Shown piece by piece: positions 1-10,760 of a stretch of DNA of 64,000 nt. Numbering within the stretch: the first letter of the stretch is position 1; each line of letters begins with the position of its first letter. The notes under the pieces were generated by a model, which saw only the letters and a program-made list of their open reading frames with translations, had not been told where the DNA came from and made no database searches. The DNA comes from a virus. The stretch covers positions 22,541 to 86,540 of the IMG/VR virus record IMGVR_UViG_3300045988_081419; one strand, given 5' to 3'. The position numbers and the translations under genes were made by a program.

Positions 1-769
1 AAGCCGGGTCTAAAGAAGCTAAGTATTCAAGAGAATACTCTCCGAATTTTTCCTCAGAAGCAGGAGCAGGAGATTTAGGAGTTCTCTTCTGCTGTGTTGT
101 CTTCTTACCATCAGTAGAAACACCTAATGTCTTCTTAATCTCTTCACTTCTTGCAAGAGCAGTAGCAAGGTTCTTATCCAGTTCTTCAACTGTATCACCA
201 AACACTAACTCCGGCAGTAACAAGTCATCTTTGTGTTCTGCTAAAATCTGTGTCTTATGGTTCTTAACCTCATATTCTTTCTCAAGTTCTTCCCGAACTT
301 CCTTTTCTACTTCTGCTCTGTCAACTGGTTTGTTTTTCTCAAACTCAGCCACCTTGTCTTCTAAAGACTTCTTATCCTTAGTCAAGGTATCAATCTCAGC
401 TTTGAGTGTTTTAATCTCTTCGCTGTCACCTTGTCCGGCAGTTTTCAGTTTGTCCTGTGCTTCTTTCAACTGCTTCTCAAGGTCTACCTTTTCTAAAAGG
501 TCATTGTTGTGTTGCTGTGTAAGAGTGTCAACCTGTCCTTGAAGTTTCTCAATTTTCTTGTACTGTTTGTCTTTCTCTTCTTTTCTTGCTTTCAGAATGA
601 GTTCCTCAAAGTTGACTGTAGGTGTAGTCTTTTTAGCACCATCACCCTCACCACCATTGTCTTCTGGATTCTCTTCTGCAAATGCTTTAAGAGTCAGACC
701 TCCAAAAAGTCTTTTCACGATAGCTTCTGCTGTCATAGGTCCTGCAATAATACCACGTTTCTTAGTCAT
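1..769 (-). CDS. Capsid scaffolding-like coiled-coil protein (3' end cut by window edge)
   Basis: Minus-strand frame is open from the ATG at 767-769 (SD GGAGGT 6 nt upstream) to the window edge, so it is missing from the ORF track. My translation is MTKKRGIIAGPMTAEAIVKRLFGG... followed by about 200 aa of K/E-rich heptad-like sequence. It lies directly downstream of portal, the usual scaffold position. Confidence 0.55.
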   Translation of the reverse strand, partial: MTKKRGIIAGPMTAEAIVKRLFGGLTLKAFAEENPEDNGGEGDGAKKTTPTVNFEELILKARKEEKDKQYKKIEKLQGQVDTLTQQHNNDLLEKVDLEKQLKEAQDKLKTAGQGDSEEIKTLKAEIDTLTKDKKSLEDKVAEFEKNKPVDRAEVEKEVREELEKEYEVKNHKTQILAEHKDDLLLPELVFGDTVEELDKNLATALARSEEIKKTLGVSTDGKKTTQQKRTPKSPAPASEEKFGEYSLEYLASLDPA

Positions 770-862
770 AGTGTTACCTCCATACTTTTAATTATTGTTA
801 TCTTACCACATAAAAATCCCTAAGTAAAGTGGTCTCAGAGATTTTTATGGGTGTTACGAATG

Positions 863-2521
863 TTATTGTACACTTCCTCCACCGTTTTGTCCAGTGGTTT
901 CAGTACGAACTTGTTCAATAGGTGTCTGTCCATTCATCATACCACTATTCAACTGTGGTGACTGTCCACCTTGTTGAAACTGGTTCTGATACCAAAGGGT
1001 CTGTAACATAGGGTTAAAGAGTTCTGGGTGTTCTGCTCTCTCCTTATCAATCTCAATCAGTTTCTTAGTAAGGTCTTCCCTACCCATTCTCTCTAATGCA
1101 CCATGTCTACACTCAAGCCCCAGTTTCATTTCTGTCTCCAACTTCTGTAACTCAATGAGTTCATCTTTTGGAAGTGTGTCTGGAAGTGTGACCTCATTAA
1201 ACAAGAAGTCTTTCTTACTAATGTTCTCCGGCTTTTCAATAAGACCCTCTAAGAGAGAAATATGGAGAATCATTTTATTGATTTTCTCAAATCCGTCTTT
1301 TGTACAGTGTCTTTTTACCCTTGTCTTTTCAATCAGTGGGAGGTTCATATACTGTAATGCAACACCACTGGTATTACTAATAGCACTTGCACCTCCTAAA
1401 ACTGTCTCTGGAACACCACCAATTTCACACATAGAGGTCTTTAAAGACTCGGTATAGTTACTACTTGCACTTAAATCTCCCTGCAACTCAAGGTTTGCTA
1501 CTTTAGCGTCTTTTGGAAGACCACCCCACACTTTGTTAGCACCTTTCTCAAGATTACCAATTTTTGCACCAAACACACAAGTAATAGGGGCAGAGTGATA
1601 GTCAATGATTTCCGAAATATCACTTCTCTTAGTGTTCAGTTCCACATTCAGAGGGATAATGTCATCAAGGTCTCCCATACCATAAGTTCTTCCTGCAATC
1701 GGGAAGTTCTTAATCTGTACAAAAGGAATAACACCATAAGGGTTCTCCATTCGGTCAACTTCTTCTTTATCTTGATACACTACAATTTCATCTTTTGTCC
1801 AGATTTCTTTATAGATAACTGTAGTGACAGAAGAGCGTTTCCACAAAATACCTGTATCTCTCTTAACTTCAATAGGATACATAATTAAAAGAGAGTCCAG
1901 TTTCTCCTTGTCATGTGGATTAAATTCCGGGAACACGAACTGGGTAGGAATACAAGTGATTCTCATTCTACCATCTGGGTACTCTTCAAATGGGTCATCT
2001 GCGTCCTCTGGTGATTCATAGCTTACTTTAACCCATGCTTCACCTGTAATAGATTTTGTCTGCCCGATTTCAACACATAACTGTTCTCTATTGTTGGAGT
2101 TCCACACTGAATTTAAGAAGTCATTGATAGTCTTTTCAACAATCTTCTCTGGCTCACCATCAAGTTCATCTGGGTCAATAACACCGTTCATATTTTCATC
2201 TTGAATAGAGGTGTCAATCTTAGTGTCACCTACAGTAACACCTTTTCCCTCAAGTTCCATAGGTGTTTTAATGGTAAATCCCTTACCAAACTCAAAGGAA
2301 ACAAACTTGTTTACAAAAGGTCTACAATAGTTAAAAGTCACTTGAGGACTGTCGAGGTCATCAATTCCCTCCCAATGATACCCCTCATAAAAGTTCCATG
2401 CTTCTTTGATTTTTTCAAGTCTTAATATCTCAGTGTTTGTAAGGTCTCCTGCACTTACTAAACCATTGATATTCAGTGTTTCTTCTAACCCTGAATTATA
2501 TCTGTGTTTAAAGTTATTCAT
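863..2521 (-). CDS. Portal protein
   Basis: 552-aa ORF between large terminase and the scaffold-like gene. Size and position are typical of SPP1 Gp6-type portals. Family assignment is from recall only. Confidence 0.65.
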   Translation of the reverse strand: MNNFKHRYNSGLEETLNINGLVSAGDLTNTEILRLEKIKEAWNFYEGYHWEGIDDLDSPQVTFNYCRPFVNKFVSFEFGKGFTIKTPMELEGKGVTVGDTKIDTSIQDENMNGVIDPDELDGEPEKIVEKTINDFLNSVWNSNNREQLCVEIGQTKSITGEAWVKVSYESPEDADDPFEEYPDGRMRITCIPTQFVFPEFNPHDKEKLDSLLIMYPIEVKRDTGILWKRSSVTTVIYKEIWTKDEIVVYQDKEEVDRMENPYGVIPFVQIKNFPIAGRTYGMGDLDDIIPLNVELNTKRSDISEIIDYHSAPITCVFGAKIGNLEKGANKVWGGLPKDAKVANLELQGDLSASSNYTESLKTSMCEIGGVPETVLGGASAISNTSGVALQYMNLPLIEKTRVKRHCTKDGFEKINKMILHISLLEGLIEKPENISKKDFLFNEVTLPDTLPKDELIELQKLETEMKLGLECRHGALERMGREDLTKKLIEIDKERAEHPELFNPMLQTLWYQNQFQQGGQSPQLNSGMMNGQTPIEQVRTETTGQNGGGSVQ

Positions 2522-2526
2522 TTCAC

Positions 2527-4266
2527 TTACCTCCGTCTTCTGGCAGTAAATCTATTTCTGCCCCTTTGTTGTGTTTGATAGTTTAAAGGCTTACTGTTTC
2601 TAAACAAGGTCTCCCTGTCTTTTGTTTCTGTTTCGTCTCTTGCTCCGGGTTCTCTTGCTCCCCATAAAGCTAAAGCCCAACTGTCCGGGTAGTCATCATG
2701 TGCCCCTCTTTCATCTGGGTGGCTTACTACTAGATTACTACCACTGTAACCTTTTTGCAAATCTGCCATCTGCTGTATAAACTCTTTATACTCTTTAGAC
2801 TCTTGCACCTCTTTGTTGTTTGGGTACTTCGCTCTACCAGAGTTAATCTCTTTGTCCAGATTTTTATAGAGTTCAGACTTACTCTTTGTACTAAAGGTAA
2901 ATAACTCTACCTCAAACTTCACATTCGCCCTAATTCTCTGACCCAGACTCGACTCTCTGGTAGCGTCTACAACCAGTTTTGAAATACGGAAATTCTTTAG
3001 GTAGTCCATAATGATTGCATACTGTTCTTCATAGTCTTTCGCAATCTCTGGGTTTATCTTCAACCAGTCTTTAATGTAAGTGTTGTAAGCAAGATACACT
3101 TCCTCCTCATGTGTTTCTTCATTGTAGGAAGACTCCATTAAAACTGGGTTCTCCCAGTCTACTTCTACAATAGTCACTATAGTACTATCAGCGTCTTTAC
3201 TGTTTTTTCCCTTTCTATCACTTCCACCACCTACATCAATACCTCCAACATGGTTTGCAATGAGGTCTCTTTCAACTCTCTCTAAAAATGGGTCTCCGCA
3301 ATTTGCTTCAAATTCATCAAGGTCAATGAACATACCTCTTGAGATAATCCACTCAAGGTTATAGGACATACGGAACTCGTCACTATTCTCTCCCAGACTT
3401 CTCTTCTCTCTCTCAATGTATTTAGCATACCTCGGATTGTATTTCTGAACCACCTTGTAGTTATACTCAAAGTGATTTCTGATTTTAATTTTCTTCTCCT
3501 CATAGTCTTTTTTGTTTCTCTGAATTGCTTCGTAGAAGTCACCCTTAAAAGTGGTGGCAGTACCAATCTTACAGATAGTAGCATTGTAAGCCGCACCCAT
3601 AGGGTGAATAGATTTTCTAATTTTATAGTTAGAAATATCTTGACACTCCTCACAGATAATGAACTTAAAAGACTCACCCTCAATATTACTTCCATCACTG
3701 GCAGAGATAGCAGTTACAAATGAACCATTAGTAAGTGCTACAGTCTGACCGTTAGATGTTGAGAAGTCTAATCTAAAGTCCGGGTCTTCAAGGATTGCCA
3801 TACTCTCTTTACACTGGATTCTTGATTTCATACGTCTGTATGTAATTTGTGCCTGTCTTTGACTTGGTGCGAAAATTCCCACCCAGAATCCGTCTTTAAA
3901 CATTTGAAGTCTTGGGTCATCAGCAAACATAGGCATATTCGCCAACTGGGGAAGAATAATCATAAGACCACCTACAGTGATAGCAATAGTCTCTGTCTTA
4001 CCACTCTGACGAGCAAAAAGAGCAGTTATCTCTGCTCCATCATTTTCAAGTACAGACCTTATAATTCTCTTTGAAAACTGTGTCTGGTATTTATACATCA
4101 CTCTACCAGAGTACACTTCACAGAAATTATAAATCCTATCAACTAATTCAGTAGTGGAAATTCTTCCTGCATGGGCTGTTTCTACATACCAATCTGTAAA
4201 AAAATCCATGATAATTGCAATAATGACTCTCACGTTAAATAAAACAATTTTTGCTATTCTCTTCAC
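2527..4266 (-). CDS. terL: Terminase large subunit
   Basis: Walker A-like FARQSGKTE, Walker B-like FKFIICEECQD, and the C-terminal nuclease motif HVGGIDVGGGSD. GTG start with SD GAGGTG. Confidence 0.8.
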   Translation of the reverse strand: MKRIAKIVLFNVRVIIAIIMDFFTDWYVETAHAGRISTTELVDRIYNFCEVYSGRVMYKYQTQFSKRIIRSVLENDGAEITALFARQSGKTETIAITVGGLMIILPQLANMPMFADDPRLQMFKDGFWVGIFAPSQRQAQITYRRMKSRIQCKESMAILEDPDFRLDFSTSNGQTVALTNGSFVTAISASDGSNIEGESFKFIICEECQDISNYKIRKSIHPMGAAYNATICKIGTATTFKGDFYEAIQRNKKDYEEKKIKIRNHFEYNYKVVQKYNPRYAKYIEREKRSLGENSDEFRMSYNLEWIISRGMFIDLDEFEANCGDPFLERVERDLIANHVGGIDVGGGSDRKGKNSKDADSTIVTIVEVDWENPVLMESSYNEETHEEEVYLAYNTYIKDWLKINPEIAKDYEEQYAIIMDYLKNFRISKLVVDATRESSLGQRIRANVKFEVELFTFSTKSKSELYKNLDKEINSGRAKYPNNKEVQESKEYKEFIQQMADLQKGYSGSNLVVSHPDERGAHDDYPDSWALALWGAREPGARDETETKDRETLFRNSKPLNYQTQQRGRNRFTARRRR

Positions 4267-4354
4267 TTTCTCACCTCAATATCCAAAAATAAGGGTAAAG
4301 ACTTCTCAATCTTTACCCAAATTATATATCATATCAAGTTAATTGTCCACAGCG

Positions 4355-4828
4355 TTATTTTCTTTTATATCCTCTGGTGTATCGTGGACGCTCCCGATAT
4401 TTCTGTAGTGCTTTGTTATTCTGTTTATTACACACTTCGACTACTTTACCACAGGTCTTCACATCAAACATTCCTATATGACACTCTTCTTGTGGTATTC
4501 TAAGCATAGCAGACAACCAGATATATGCTTCTTTTCTTGTCATTAACCCAGACTTCCAAAGAGGGTCAAATGCTTCATGTGCATTATGCTTTGCTCTCCT
4601 TAAAATACTATCTGCTAATCTTCCTAAAGGAATTGTCGTGCCGGGGTGACACCCTACATAAGAATCACACTGAGGAAAGTTACTACACACCCACATCTTT
4701 CCGTAGTCTTTGTTGTTATGGTACACATAATGAGAATCTCTCAACACCACAGGAGAACCACAATAAGGACACTTTTTAGTGAATCCATAATTGTTGTTGT
4801 CATTCAACTTATATTTCTTTTTACTCAT
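4355..4828 (-). CDS. Zinc-finger protein (DUF3268-like)
   Basis: CPYCGSP...CSNFPQCDSYVGCH cysteine cluster followed by a helical domain. Start moved to MSKKKYKL (SD AGGAGAG), which removes the overlap with the ligase gene. Confidence 0.5.
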   Translation of the reverse strand: MSKKKYKLNDNNNYGFTKKCPYCGSPVVLRDSHYVYHNNKDYGKMWVCSNFPQCDSYVGCHPGTTIPLGRLADSILRRAKHNAHEAFDPLWKSGLMTRKEAYIWLSAMLRIPQEECHIGMFDVKTCGKVVEVCNKQNNKALQKYRERPRYTRGYKRK

Positions 4829-4839
4829 ACTTATCTCTC

Positions 4840-6402
4840 CTACATAACGTGGTCTTTCCACTTACACTCAAGAGCAGACTTGTCTGGTCTCATTCTAAAG
4901 AATCTAGGGTGTCTCATTTTACCTGTGTCTTTAAAGAGTTCATTGGCTTTCACTTCTACTACTTCCCCGACAAAAGTTCTCTTGTACCAGTCTTTACTCT
5001 CTGTGATATGCTTATTATGTTTCTCCTCTTCTGGTGTAATTCTCACACACTCACCAGTTTTCTTATTCACCCATGAGAAAGAAAAGTCTAATCTAACATC
5101 ATCACTAAATCCTGCACAGTCTCCCACTTCAAGAACTTTACACTCTTTTCCCTCAAGAGTCATTGTTTCTACTTCAAACTTTTTACCTTTCGGAAGGCTC
5201 TTTAATTCTTCGTCAGTGATAACAACACCATATCGGATATTACCAATCATTCTATAGTAGTGGAATCTGGTAACTGGTGTTAGTCCTCTGTTTAAAAGAC
5301 TCTTTGCTGAGGTCTGGCTCATTATGTCCACATTCTGTCTTCTGTATTCTACGTCTATCCAATAATCCCATCTATCTTTCGGGAATTTACCCTCATACAC
5401 ATCAGTAGGTTCAGTGAATCCCATAATAACACATTCTCTGGTTAAAAACTTCTTGATTTTAAGATAGTTCTTACCTCTCTTGTGTTCATACTTGCCGGAC
5501 TCTGGCTTTACAATACAACCCTCACCACCAGTAGATACTATAAGTTCATAGTAACCTCTAGGGGTAAGTCTGTCATTTCCACCATGCAAACACTCATAAA
5601 TCTCTGAATAGACTTCTTTATTATTCTCTAACTCAAGTAAATACTGGTCTTCATCAAACTCACCGACTCTCTTAACCATTTCATTATAAGCAGAAACATG
5701 AGTCCTTGTGTTTGGGTCTATTAAATACTCTCCGCACACATAGTAAGGTACAAACTCTATGTACTTACTGCCGATTTCTTCAATAGCCTGTTTCAGATAG
5801 TGCTTTCTCCTTGAGAGTGGCATATTTCTCAAATCAATACCTTTGTACTTGATAATATCAAAAGCATGGAGAGAGATAAACCCTTTCTCAAGCTGTCGGT
5901 CTACTGCTTTATCCCACAAACAGTTAAGTGTACTTGACACTTCTTTAAAAGGCTGACCGTTAATAAACATTTCACCATCAAGAATAGTTCCTGCAAGTTC
6001 TGGACAATCAATATCTCTTATCTGTGGAACACTGTCTGTATTCTCTGCATAGAACCCACTCTTCTTACTTATTCTCCGGCTGAACACTCTGGTATAACCT
6101 ATCTTTGTACCATCAAGGTTTTCTTGACTAAAAAATTGCACGATACCTCTTGTACCATCAAACTTCTCTTCAAGCAAATTTGTGGTGTCTGCCAATTCTA
6201 AATCTTGGTCTTCTTCGCCCTCAATTTCTTTCGCTGTCATTGGTTCATAACCTCTAACACCTGCAAATTTATATGCTTCTGGACAATCCCATTCTGATAA
6301 TGGAAACATAGACACTAACTCTTCTGGCTCTCCATTCTCATTGTCAGCATACAGTCTATTGTCCTGTCCTCTGTACAGCTTTGGAAACATTTCTTGTTTC
6401 AA
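4840..6402 (-). CDS. ATP-dependent DNA ligase
   Basis: Nucleotidyltransferase motifs in the correct order: I EEKFDGTRG, III ILDGEMF, IIIa LHAFDII, IV GGEGCIVK, V NYLKIKKF. C-terminal OB-like region. Confidence 0.8.
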   Translation of the reverse strand: MKQEMFPKLYRGQDNRLYADNENGEPEELVSMFPLSEWDCPEAYKFAGVRGYEPMTAKEIEGEEDQDLELADTTNLLEEKFDGTRGIVQFFSQENLDGTKIGYTRVFSRRISKKSGFYAENTDSVPQIRDIDCPELAGTILDGEMFINGQPFKEVSSTLNCLWDKAVDRQLEKGFISLHAFDIIKYKGIDLRNMPLSRRKHYLKQAIEEIGSKYIEFVPYYVCGEYLIDPNTRTHVSAYNEMVKRVGEFDEDQYLLELENNKEVYSEIYECLHGGNDRLTPRGYYELIVSTGGEGCIVKPESGKYEHKRGKNYLKIKKFLTRECVIMGFTEPTDVYEGKFPKDRWDYWIDVEYRRQNVDIMSQTSAKSLLNRGLTPVTRFHYYRMIGNIRYGVVITDEELKSLPKGKKFEVETMTLEGKECKVLEVGDCAGFSDDVRLDFSFSWVNKKTGECVRITPEEEKHNKHITESKDWYKRTFVGEVVEVKANELFKDTGKMRHPRFFRMRPDKSALECKWKDHVM

Positions 6403-6461
6403 TCAAAACACCTCTCTTTCATACAATTAGTATAGCACATATAAGACTTTAAGAAAAACAC

Positions 6462-6788
6462 CTACTCTTGAATATCATCTGGTGTTTCCTGCACTTGTGC
6501 GTCTCTTAACTCTTTGAGTTTATATGTCCTTAACTCTGAGAGAAGTTTATCTCTTTCTCCAATAACTCTGATAAGTTCTGCATATACTCTCCTTGTAGGT
6601 TGGTCCGTAGTTGAAGCAATGTACTGTACACAATAATTAGTCAACTGTTCAGAAGTTAAAGAAGCCGGAGGTGTTGGCTTTGTCTCCTCAATCTCTGGGA
6701 GGTCTACTTCTTTTAAAATATCACTCTGATTTCTTCCTCCTCTAAATGTTACATCAATCACTTCATGCTTTCCCGGAATGTGTGGCAT
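6462..6788 (-). CDS. Hypothetical protein
   Basis: Co-oriented, tightly packed 108-aa ORF with no recognisable motif. Confidence 0.5.
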   Translation of the reverse strand: MPHIPGKHEVIDVTFRGGRNQSDILKEVDLPEIEETKPTPPASLTSEQLTNYCVQYIASTTDQPTRRVYAELIRVIGERDKLLSELRTYKLKELRDAQVQETPDDIQE

Positions 6789-6789
6789 A

Positions 6790-7341
6790 TTACTTTTCCT
6801 CCTTTACAATAAGTACTTCATTTAACAGTGCTGACAGATTTCCCTTTCTGTTCATGTCTTTAATGGACACAAGCTGATTACCCTCAAGCAAGGCACTTTT
6901 CAGTGCTTCTAAATTATCGTCCTTGATAATCACATGGCTGTAAATTATAGGGTCACAAATACCGGGGTCTGGATTGTAAACACCTATAGGTGTGAACTGA
7001 GAATTAAACATCAGCTTGTGATTTTCTGGCAAGGTGCAATCAATCAATTTTGCTACTGCCAGACTGGAAAGATAAGCTACAAGGTCATACCCTTTATGTG
7101 GCAACGCTTGATTAAGATTTAAAGACACATAGTATCTCTTCCTGTCTGTCTCATGCTCTACAACCATGTTTGTGTATGCAGTCCTCACAGAAGTACAGAA
7201 ACACAATGGAACACACCCACTCTCATAGGCTTCTTCTCTGGTGTTAAAGAACTGTAGCTTACTGAGAACTTCCTCCACGTCAACGTCTTTCTGAACTGAC
7301 ACTCTCACCTTTAATAAGGATTTATCAATACAAGCTATCAT
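6790..7341 (-). CDS. Hypothetical protein
   Basis: Co-oriented 183-aa ORF abutting the next gene, with no recognisable motif. Confidence 0.55.
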   Translation of the reverse strand: MIACIDKSLLKVRVSVQKDVDVEEVLSKLQFFNTREEAYESGCVPLCFCTSVRTAYTNMVVEHETDRKRYYVSLNLNQALPHKGYDLVAYLSSLAVAKLIDCTLPENHKLMFNSQFTPIGVYNPDPGICDPIIYSHVIIKDDNLEALKSALLEGNQLVSIKDMNRKGNLSALLNEVLIVKEEK

Positions 7342-7423
7342 TCATCTTACCTCCTTAAAATAAATATAGGGAACAGATTTCTCTGCTCCCTATATATTAG
7401 CATATCAAACTGCCCGATTCAAC

Positions 7424-8542
7424 TTATTCTGCTTCATACTCTGCACCACAATTCTCACAAATGAACTTTTTGGACTTCTTCTCATATTTAAGTTTCTGTC
7501 CACAGCAGAAGTTATCTTCGCCAATCTCATAAGGCTCTTCTGCTTCATACTCTGCACCGTCATTGTCAATGAAGCGTTTCTTTGTCTCACAGAACAGTGC
7601 CACAAGGTCTTCAAATTCATACTCGTCACCAAGCATTTCAAGTTCGTCTTCTGTACAGAAAGTCTCACAAAATGTAGCCATGTCTTCTTCCTTAATGGAC
7701 TCGTTCTCAATCTGCTCAAGAACTTCTTCCATCATGTTATGGACTGCTTCTTTTCTCTCGTCAGTCATATTGTCCGGGTCATTGATTCCCTCTGGGTCAT
7801 AGTCAGCAAAGTAGGTGTCTGCATTGATTTCTTCGCCCTCTTCATCATCTGCAACATCTTCTTCTACCTGCTCTTCGACTTCTTCCTCTTCTTCGTCATC
7901 ATCTTCAAACTCAACTTTTCCATCATCAATAGCCTGTGCTAACACTAAAACTACATCAGACTTCTTACCGCTTGCTTTGATACCTAAATCTGCAAGGTAA
8001 TCAATAATCTCTTTAGCAGTCATATCCTCAGACACTTCTTTTGCCATCTGGATAGCTTCTTCGGAGATTTCCGGCTCTTTCTCTTCTTCGGCTTCTGCTT
8101 CTTCTTTCTTAGCTTTTTTCAGTCCACCCTTTTTACCTTTGCTGATAGGAACAACTTTTCCTCTGTCTTCTTCATCAACTGGGTCTGCTGTAACCTCAAT
8201 GTCTACTGCTAAAATTCTGGCTGTAATTTCATCACGCTTTCCAGTACAAGGAACACCTAAACTAGCACCTAGTTTCTTTAAATCATTGTACTTCATAGCG
8301 TCAAGGTCTTCCTTAGAGAAACGTGCATTAGTTGTTGCAGGTGCTTCTGTCTCTTCCGGCTCATTCATAGCAGGAGCAGTCTCTTCTTTCTGTGCCTTTG
8401 TACGTTTGCCTACAGATTTTGTAGCTTTTCCATTGTCGGTAACAGGTGTTTCATTTTCTGCACCACTAGAGAGTTCGTCTCTCAGCATTGTTGCTCCCTC
8501 AATAATACGATTCAATCCCTCGATAATTGTTTCTTTCTTCAT
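7424..8542 (-). CDS. Acidic protein with two SAP/HeH-like motifs and a C-terminal zinc ribbon
   Basis: LKKLGASLGVPCTGKRDEITARIL and IIDYLADLGIKASGKKSDVVLVLAQAI resemble SAP motifs. Long D/E-rich tracts. C-terminal CCGQKL...CENCG. Start set at MKKETII (SD GGAGGA). Confidence 0.45.
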   Translation of the reverse strand: MKKETIIEGLNRIIEGATMLRDELSSGAENETPVTDNGKATKSVGKRTKAQKEETAPAMNEPEETEAPATTNARFSKEDLDAMKYNDLKKLGASLGVPCTGKRDEITARILAVDIEVTADPVDEEDRGKVVPISKGKKGGLKKAKKEEAEAEEEKEPEISEEAIQMAKEVSEDMTAKEIIDYLADLGIKASGKKSDVVLVLAQAIDDGKVEFEDDDEEEEEVEEQVEEDVADDEEGEEINADTYFADYDPEGINDPDNMTDERKEAVHNMMEEVLEQIENESIKEEDMATFCETFCTEDELEMLGDEYEFEDLVALFCETKKRFIDNDGAEYEAEEPYEIGEDNFCCGQKLKYEKKSKKFICENCGAEYEAE

Positions 8543-8607
8543 TGTGTTTTCCTCCATAGATTCTTTAATTTTTGTTGAGCGTTGCTCTTCATGTTCTTAG
8601 TATATCA

Positions 8608-8910
8608 TCAGTGTTTATCAGTGTCAAACACCTGTGGAATGAGGTCTTTAGACCTTTTTTCTAAATAAGTTACTTTCTCTTCAATCTTGAGCATTTCTGC
8701 AAAAAGACCTTTCACAGCAGTTTCTTTATCCCCTAAAGGGATTGTTGGTGAAGCTAAAACAGCTTCATGTCTTCCACTTAACTCTTGATATACACCATTA
8801 AGAGTTAAGATAAGACTTTTAATAACACCTACACTATAAGAGGACACTGCTTCTTCAAAGTCTTCTATAGAACAGTCAATCAGTACACCTAACTCACTCT
8901 TTTCATTCAT
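8608..8910 (-). CDS. Hypothetical protein
   Basis: Co-oriented 100-aa ORF. Confidence 0.5.
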   Translation of the reverse strand: MNEKSELGVLIDCSIEDFEEAVSSYSVGVIKSLILTLNGVYQELSGRHEAVLASPTIPLGDKETAVKGLFAEMLKIEEKVTYLEKRSKDLIPQVFDTDKH

Positions 8911-8923
8911 TGTTCACACCTCC

Positions 8924-9172
8924 TTACTCTTGCAATTTATGATTAACAAAGACCATTGTGACTAAGAAGAAACAAGCGGTAATCACTCTGGATACATCAT
9001 AACATAAGAATAAATAGTAGACAACAAACAGAATACCTGCAACCATACTAAAAAAGGTCAACAGCATAGCAAGTTTTCTAATAAAATTCATAACCTTAAC
9101 CCAAAAGGGTACAAACTTATCTGTAACAAAAATATCAATCTTTATTCCAAGTCTCTTCAATAAATATTTCAT
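8924..9172 (-). CDS. Small membrane protein
   Basis: 82 aa with two hydrophobic helices (LAMLLTFFSMVAGILFVVYYLFL, VITACFFLVTMVFV). Confidence 0.5.
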   Translation of the reverse strand: MKYLLKRLGIKIDIFVTDKFVPFWVKVMNFIRKLAMLLTFFSMVAGILFVVYYLFLCYDVSRVITACFFLVTMVFVNHKLQE

Positions 9173-9546
9173 ATCATCACCCTCTCTCTATCTAAAAGAT
9201 TCAACTCTTCCGCTTTACTTATCTTCTCGTCAAGTATTCTGTAAAACTCTGGGTCGTGCATAACACCTTTCTTTCTGACAAAGCCCGGAAGAGTAAACTG
9301 TATATGATGACACACCTCATGTATGGTGTGATATAAAATGGTCTGATAAGGAAACATCACCTTATTTCCTTTAGTTCTGTAGGGGTAGACTCTCACTTGT
9401 GCTTTCTTACCATTATAAGCATAAAAGTATCTTCCCCAATAAGTCTTACTGTAGGGTCTTATCACTAAATCGAACTCCTCAACTGGGAGTTCTAACAATC
9501 GTAAATCCGAAATTAAACTGTCATATAACTCTTCCTTGCGTAGCAT
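9169..9546 (-). CDS. Putative zinc metallopeptidase (HExxH)
   Basis: YHTIHEVCHHIQF contains HExxH. Start moved to MLRKEEL behind SD AGGAGG. Confidence 0.5.
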   Translation of the reverse strand: MLRKEELYDSLISDLRLLELPVEEFDLVIRPYSKTYWGRYFYAYNGKKAQVRVYPYRTKGNKVMFPYQTILYHTIHEVCHHIQFTLPGFVRKKGVMHDPEFYRILDEKISKAEELNLLDRERVMI

Positions 9547-9598
9547 ATTAAATAACCTCCTAACTCTGCAAGGAAGATTATACCACAGGTTACTTTCT

Positions 9599-10663
9599 CT
9601 AAGCAACCAACATTCCTCCGGCAATTTTCTCTAATTCTAATCGTCTCTCAAGTGTGAAGTCCTGTGCAACTTCTGTAATACTATTGATAAGACCCCATCT
9701 GCTGTCTGTGTACTTAGTGTTCATTAAATCAATGACCTTGCGTGAACTCTCTTCTGAAAGTTTAGTTTTATCTTTAATATAAGCCACAAACTCATTTATA
9801 TCATCTTCATATTCACTTGCAGAACTCCAATGATTATCTCTATGCTGTGCCCTCCTAACCCACTCTACTGCATTTTCTGTGAGTAAATCTACATTCTGTA
9901 AAGACTTCACAAGTCCACTATGAAGTTCATCTACAGTAATACCAATGTGTTTCTGCTCAAACAGTGTACCTCCTGCTCTGGCAATAACAAGACCGTTAGT
10001 ACACACTTGTTTATAGATACCGAACTGTACTATCAAGGTATTTCTACCAACATCAGAACTGTCAATAAAAATACCCGGAAATAAGTCTTCGCCATCAATA
10101 GGCAACATTTCTTTACCCACTAAACGCAAATGAAGTCTTTCTTCATTTAAGAAAGAACCTTTCACTTTGTAGGTGTTTAAATCTACAGTGTCACTTAACA
10201 CCTTTAAAATGTCTGGTGTATCACAGATTGCATATCTGTCACTTAAAACACCTCGAATACTACCATTGTATTCTCTGATAAGCAGATTCTTGTCATACCC
10301 CTCAAGCCATGAGTTCATGTTGTCTTGTGCAAGTTCAATTCTGCCGGAATTGATACATCTTCTCATATACTCATGTGGAACACCAATCTTATTACACAAC
10401 TGACCCATAGCGTGTCTTGAAATACTAGGACTTCTCACTTCACCCTCTTTTGTAATATAGGTAACACCTGCAAGGTCATTTAATCTTAAAATCTCGTTAT
10501 TAACTTTAGGTACTACAAAATCCTCACATACTGACTGAATATTGTGTGCCTTATCAAGAAGCATTGTAAATGAAACTCCTCCTGTATCAAGAAGTTCTCT
10601 GGTATCTTCCTGCGGAACTGTTTCTACAACCTGTTGTGGCTGTGGTCTCTTTAATAATTTCAT
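9599..10663 (-). CDS. DUF932 family phage/plasmid protein
   Basis: 354 aa. The region SRHAMGQLCNKIGVPHEYMRRC and the overall layout recall DUF932 (TIGR03299-type) proteins. From recall only. Confidence 0.55.
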   Translation of the reverse strand: MKLLKRPQPQQVVETVPQEDTRELLDTGGVSFTMLLDKAHNIQSVCEDFVVPKVNNEILRLNDLAGVTYITKEGEVRSPSISRHAMGQLCNKIGVPHEYMRRCINSGRIELAQDNMNSWLEGYDKNLLIREYNGSIRGVLSDRYAICDTPDILKVLSDTVDLNTYKVKGSFLNEERLHLRLVGKEMLPIDGEDLFPGIFIDSSDVGRNTLIVQFGIYKQVCTNGLVIARAGGTLFEQKHIGITVDELHSGLVKSLQNVDLLTENAVEWVRRAQHRDNHWSSASEYEDDINEFVAYIKDKTKLSEESSRKVIDLMNTKYTDSRWGLINSITEVAQDFTLERRLELEKIAGGMLVA

Positions 10664-10760
10664 TGAAATTCTCCTTTCAGTGTTTTATTTAATAACTGAG
10701 TTCATTATACAGTGAAACAGAAAAGAGGTCAAAACACCTCTGTTCTAACCTCTTACTTTG

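Noticed and set aside
231-823. Plus-strand ORFs 231-542, 509-823 and 558-791.
   Set aside because: They are antisense to an uninterrupted minus-strand scaffold-like gene. Their translations are low-complexity S/L/F-rich mirror images of a K/E-rich coding strand, and they have no SD.
3282-3698. Nested or out-of-frame minus-strand ORFs inside larger genes. Also 7405-7719, 19928-20122, 28211-28459, 33889-34086, 36504-36704, 43765-44007, 50013-50240, 58821-59042, 59877-60119, 60372-60569 and 60932-61171.
   Set aside because: Each lies wholly or largely within a longer ORF that has recognisable catalytic motifs or better start signals. There is no independent SD or family signal.
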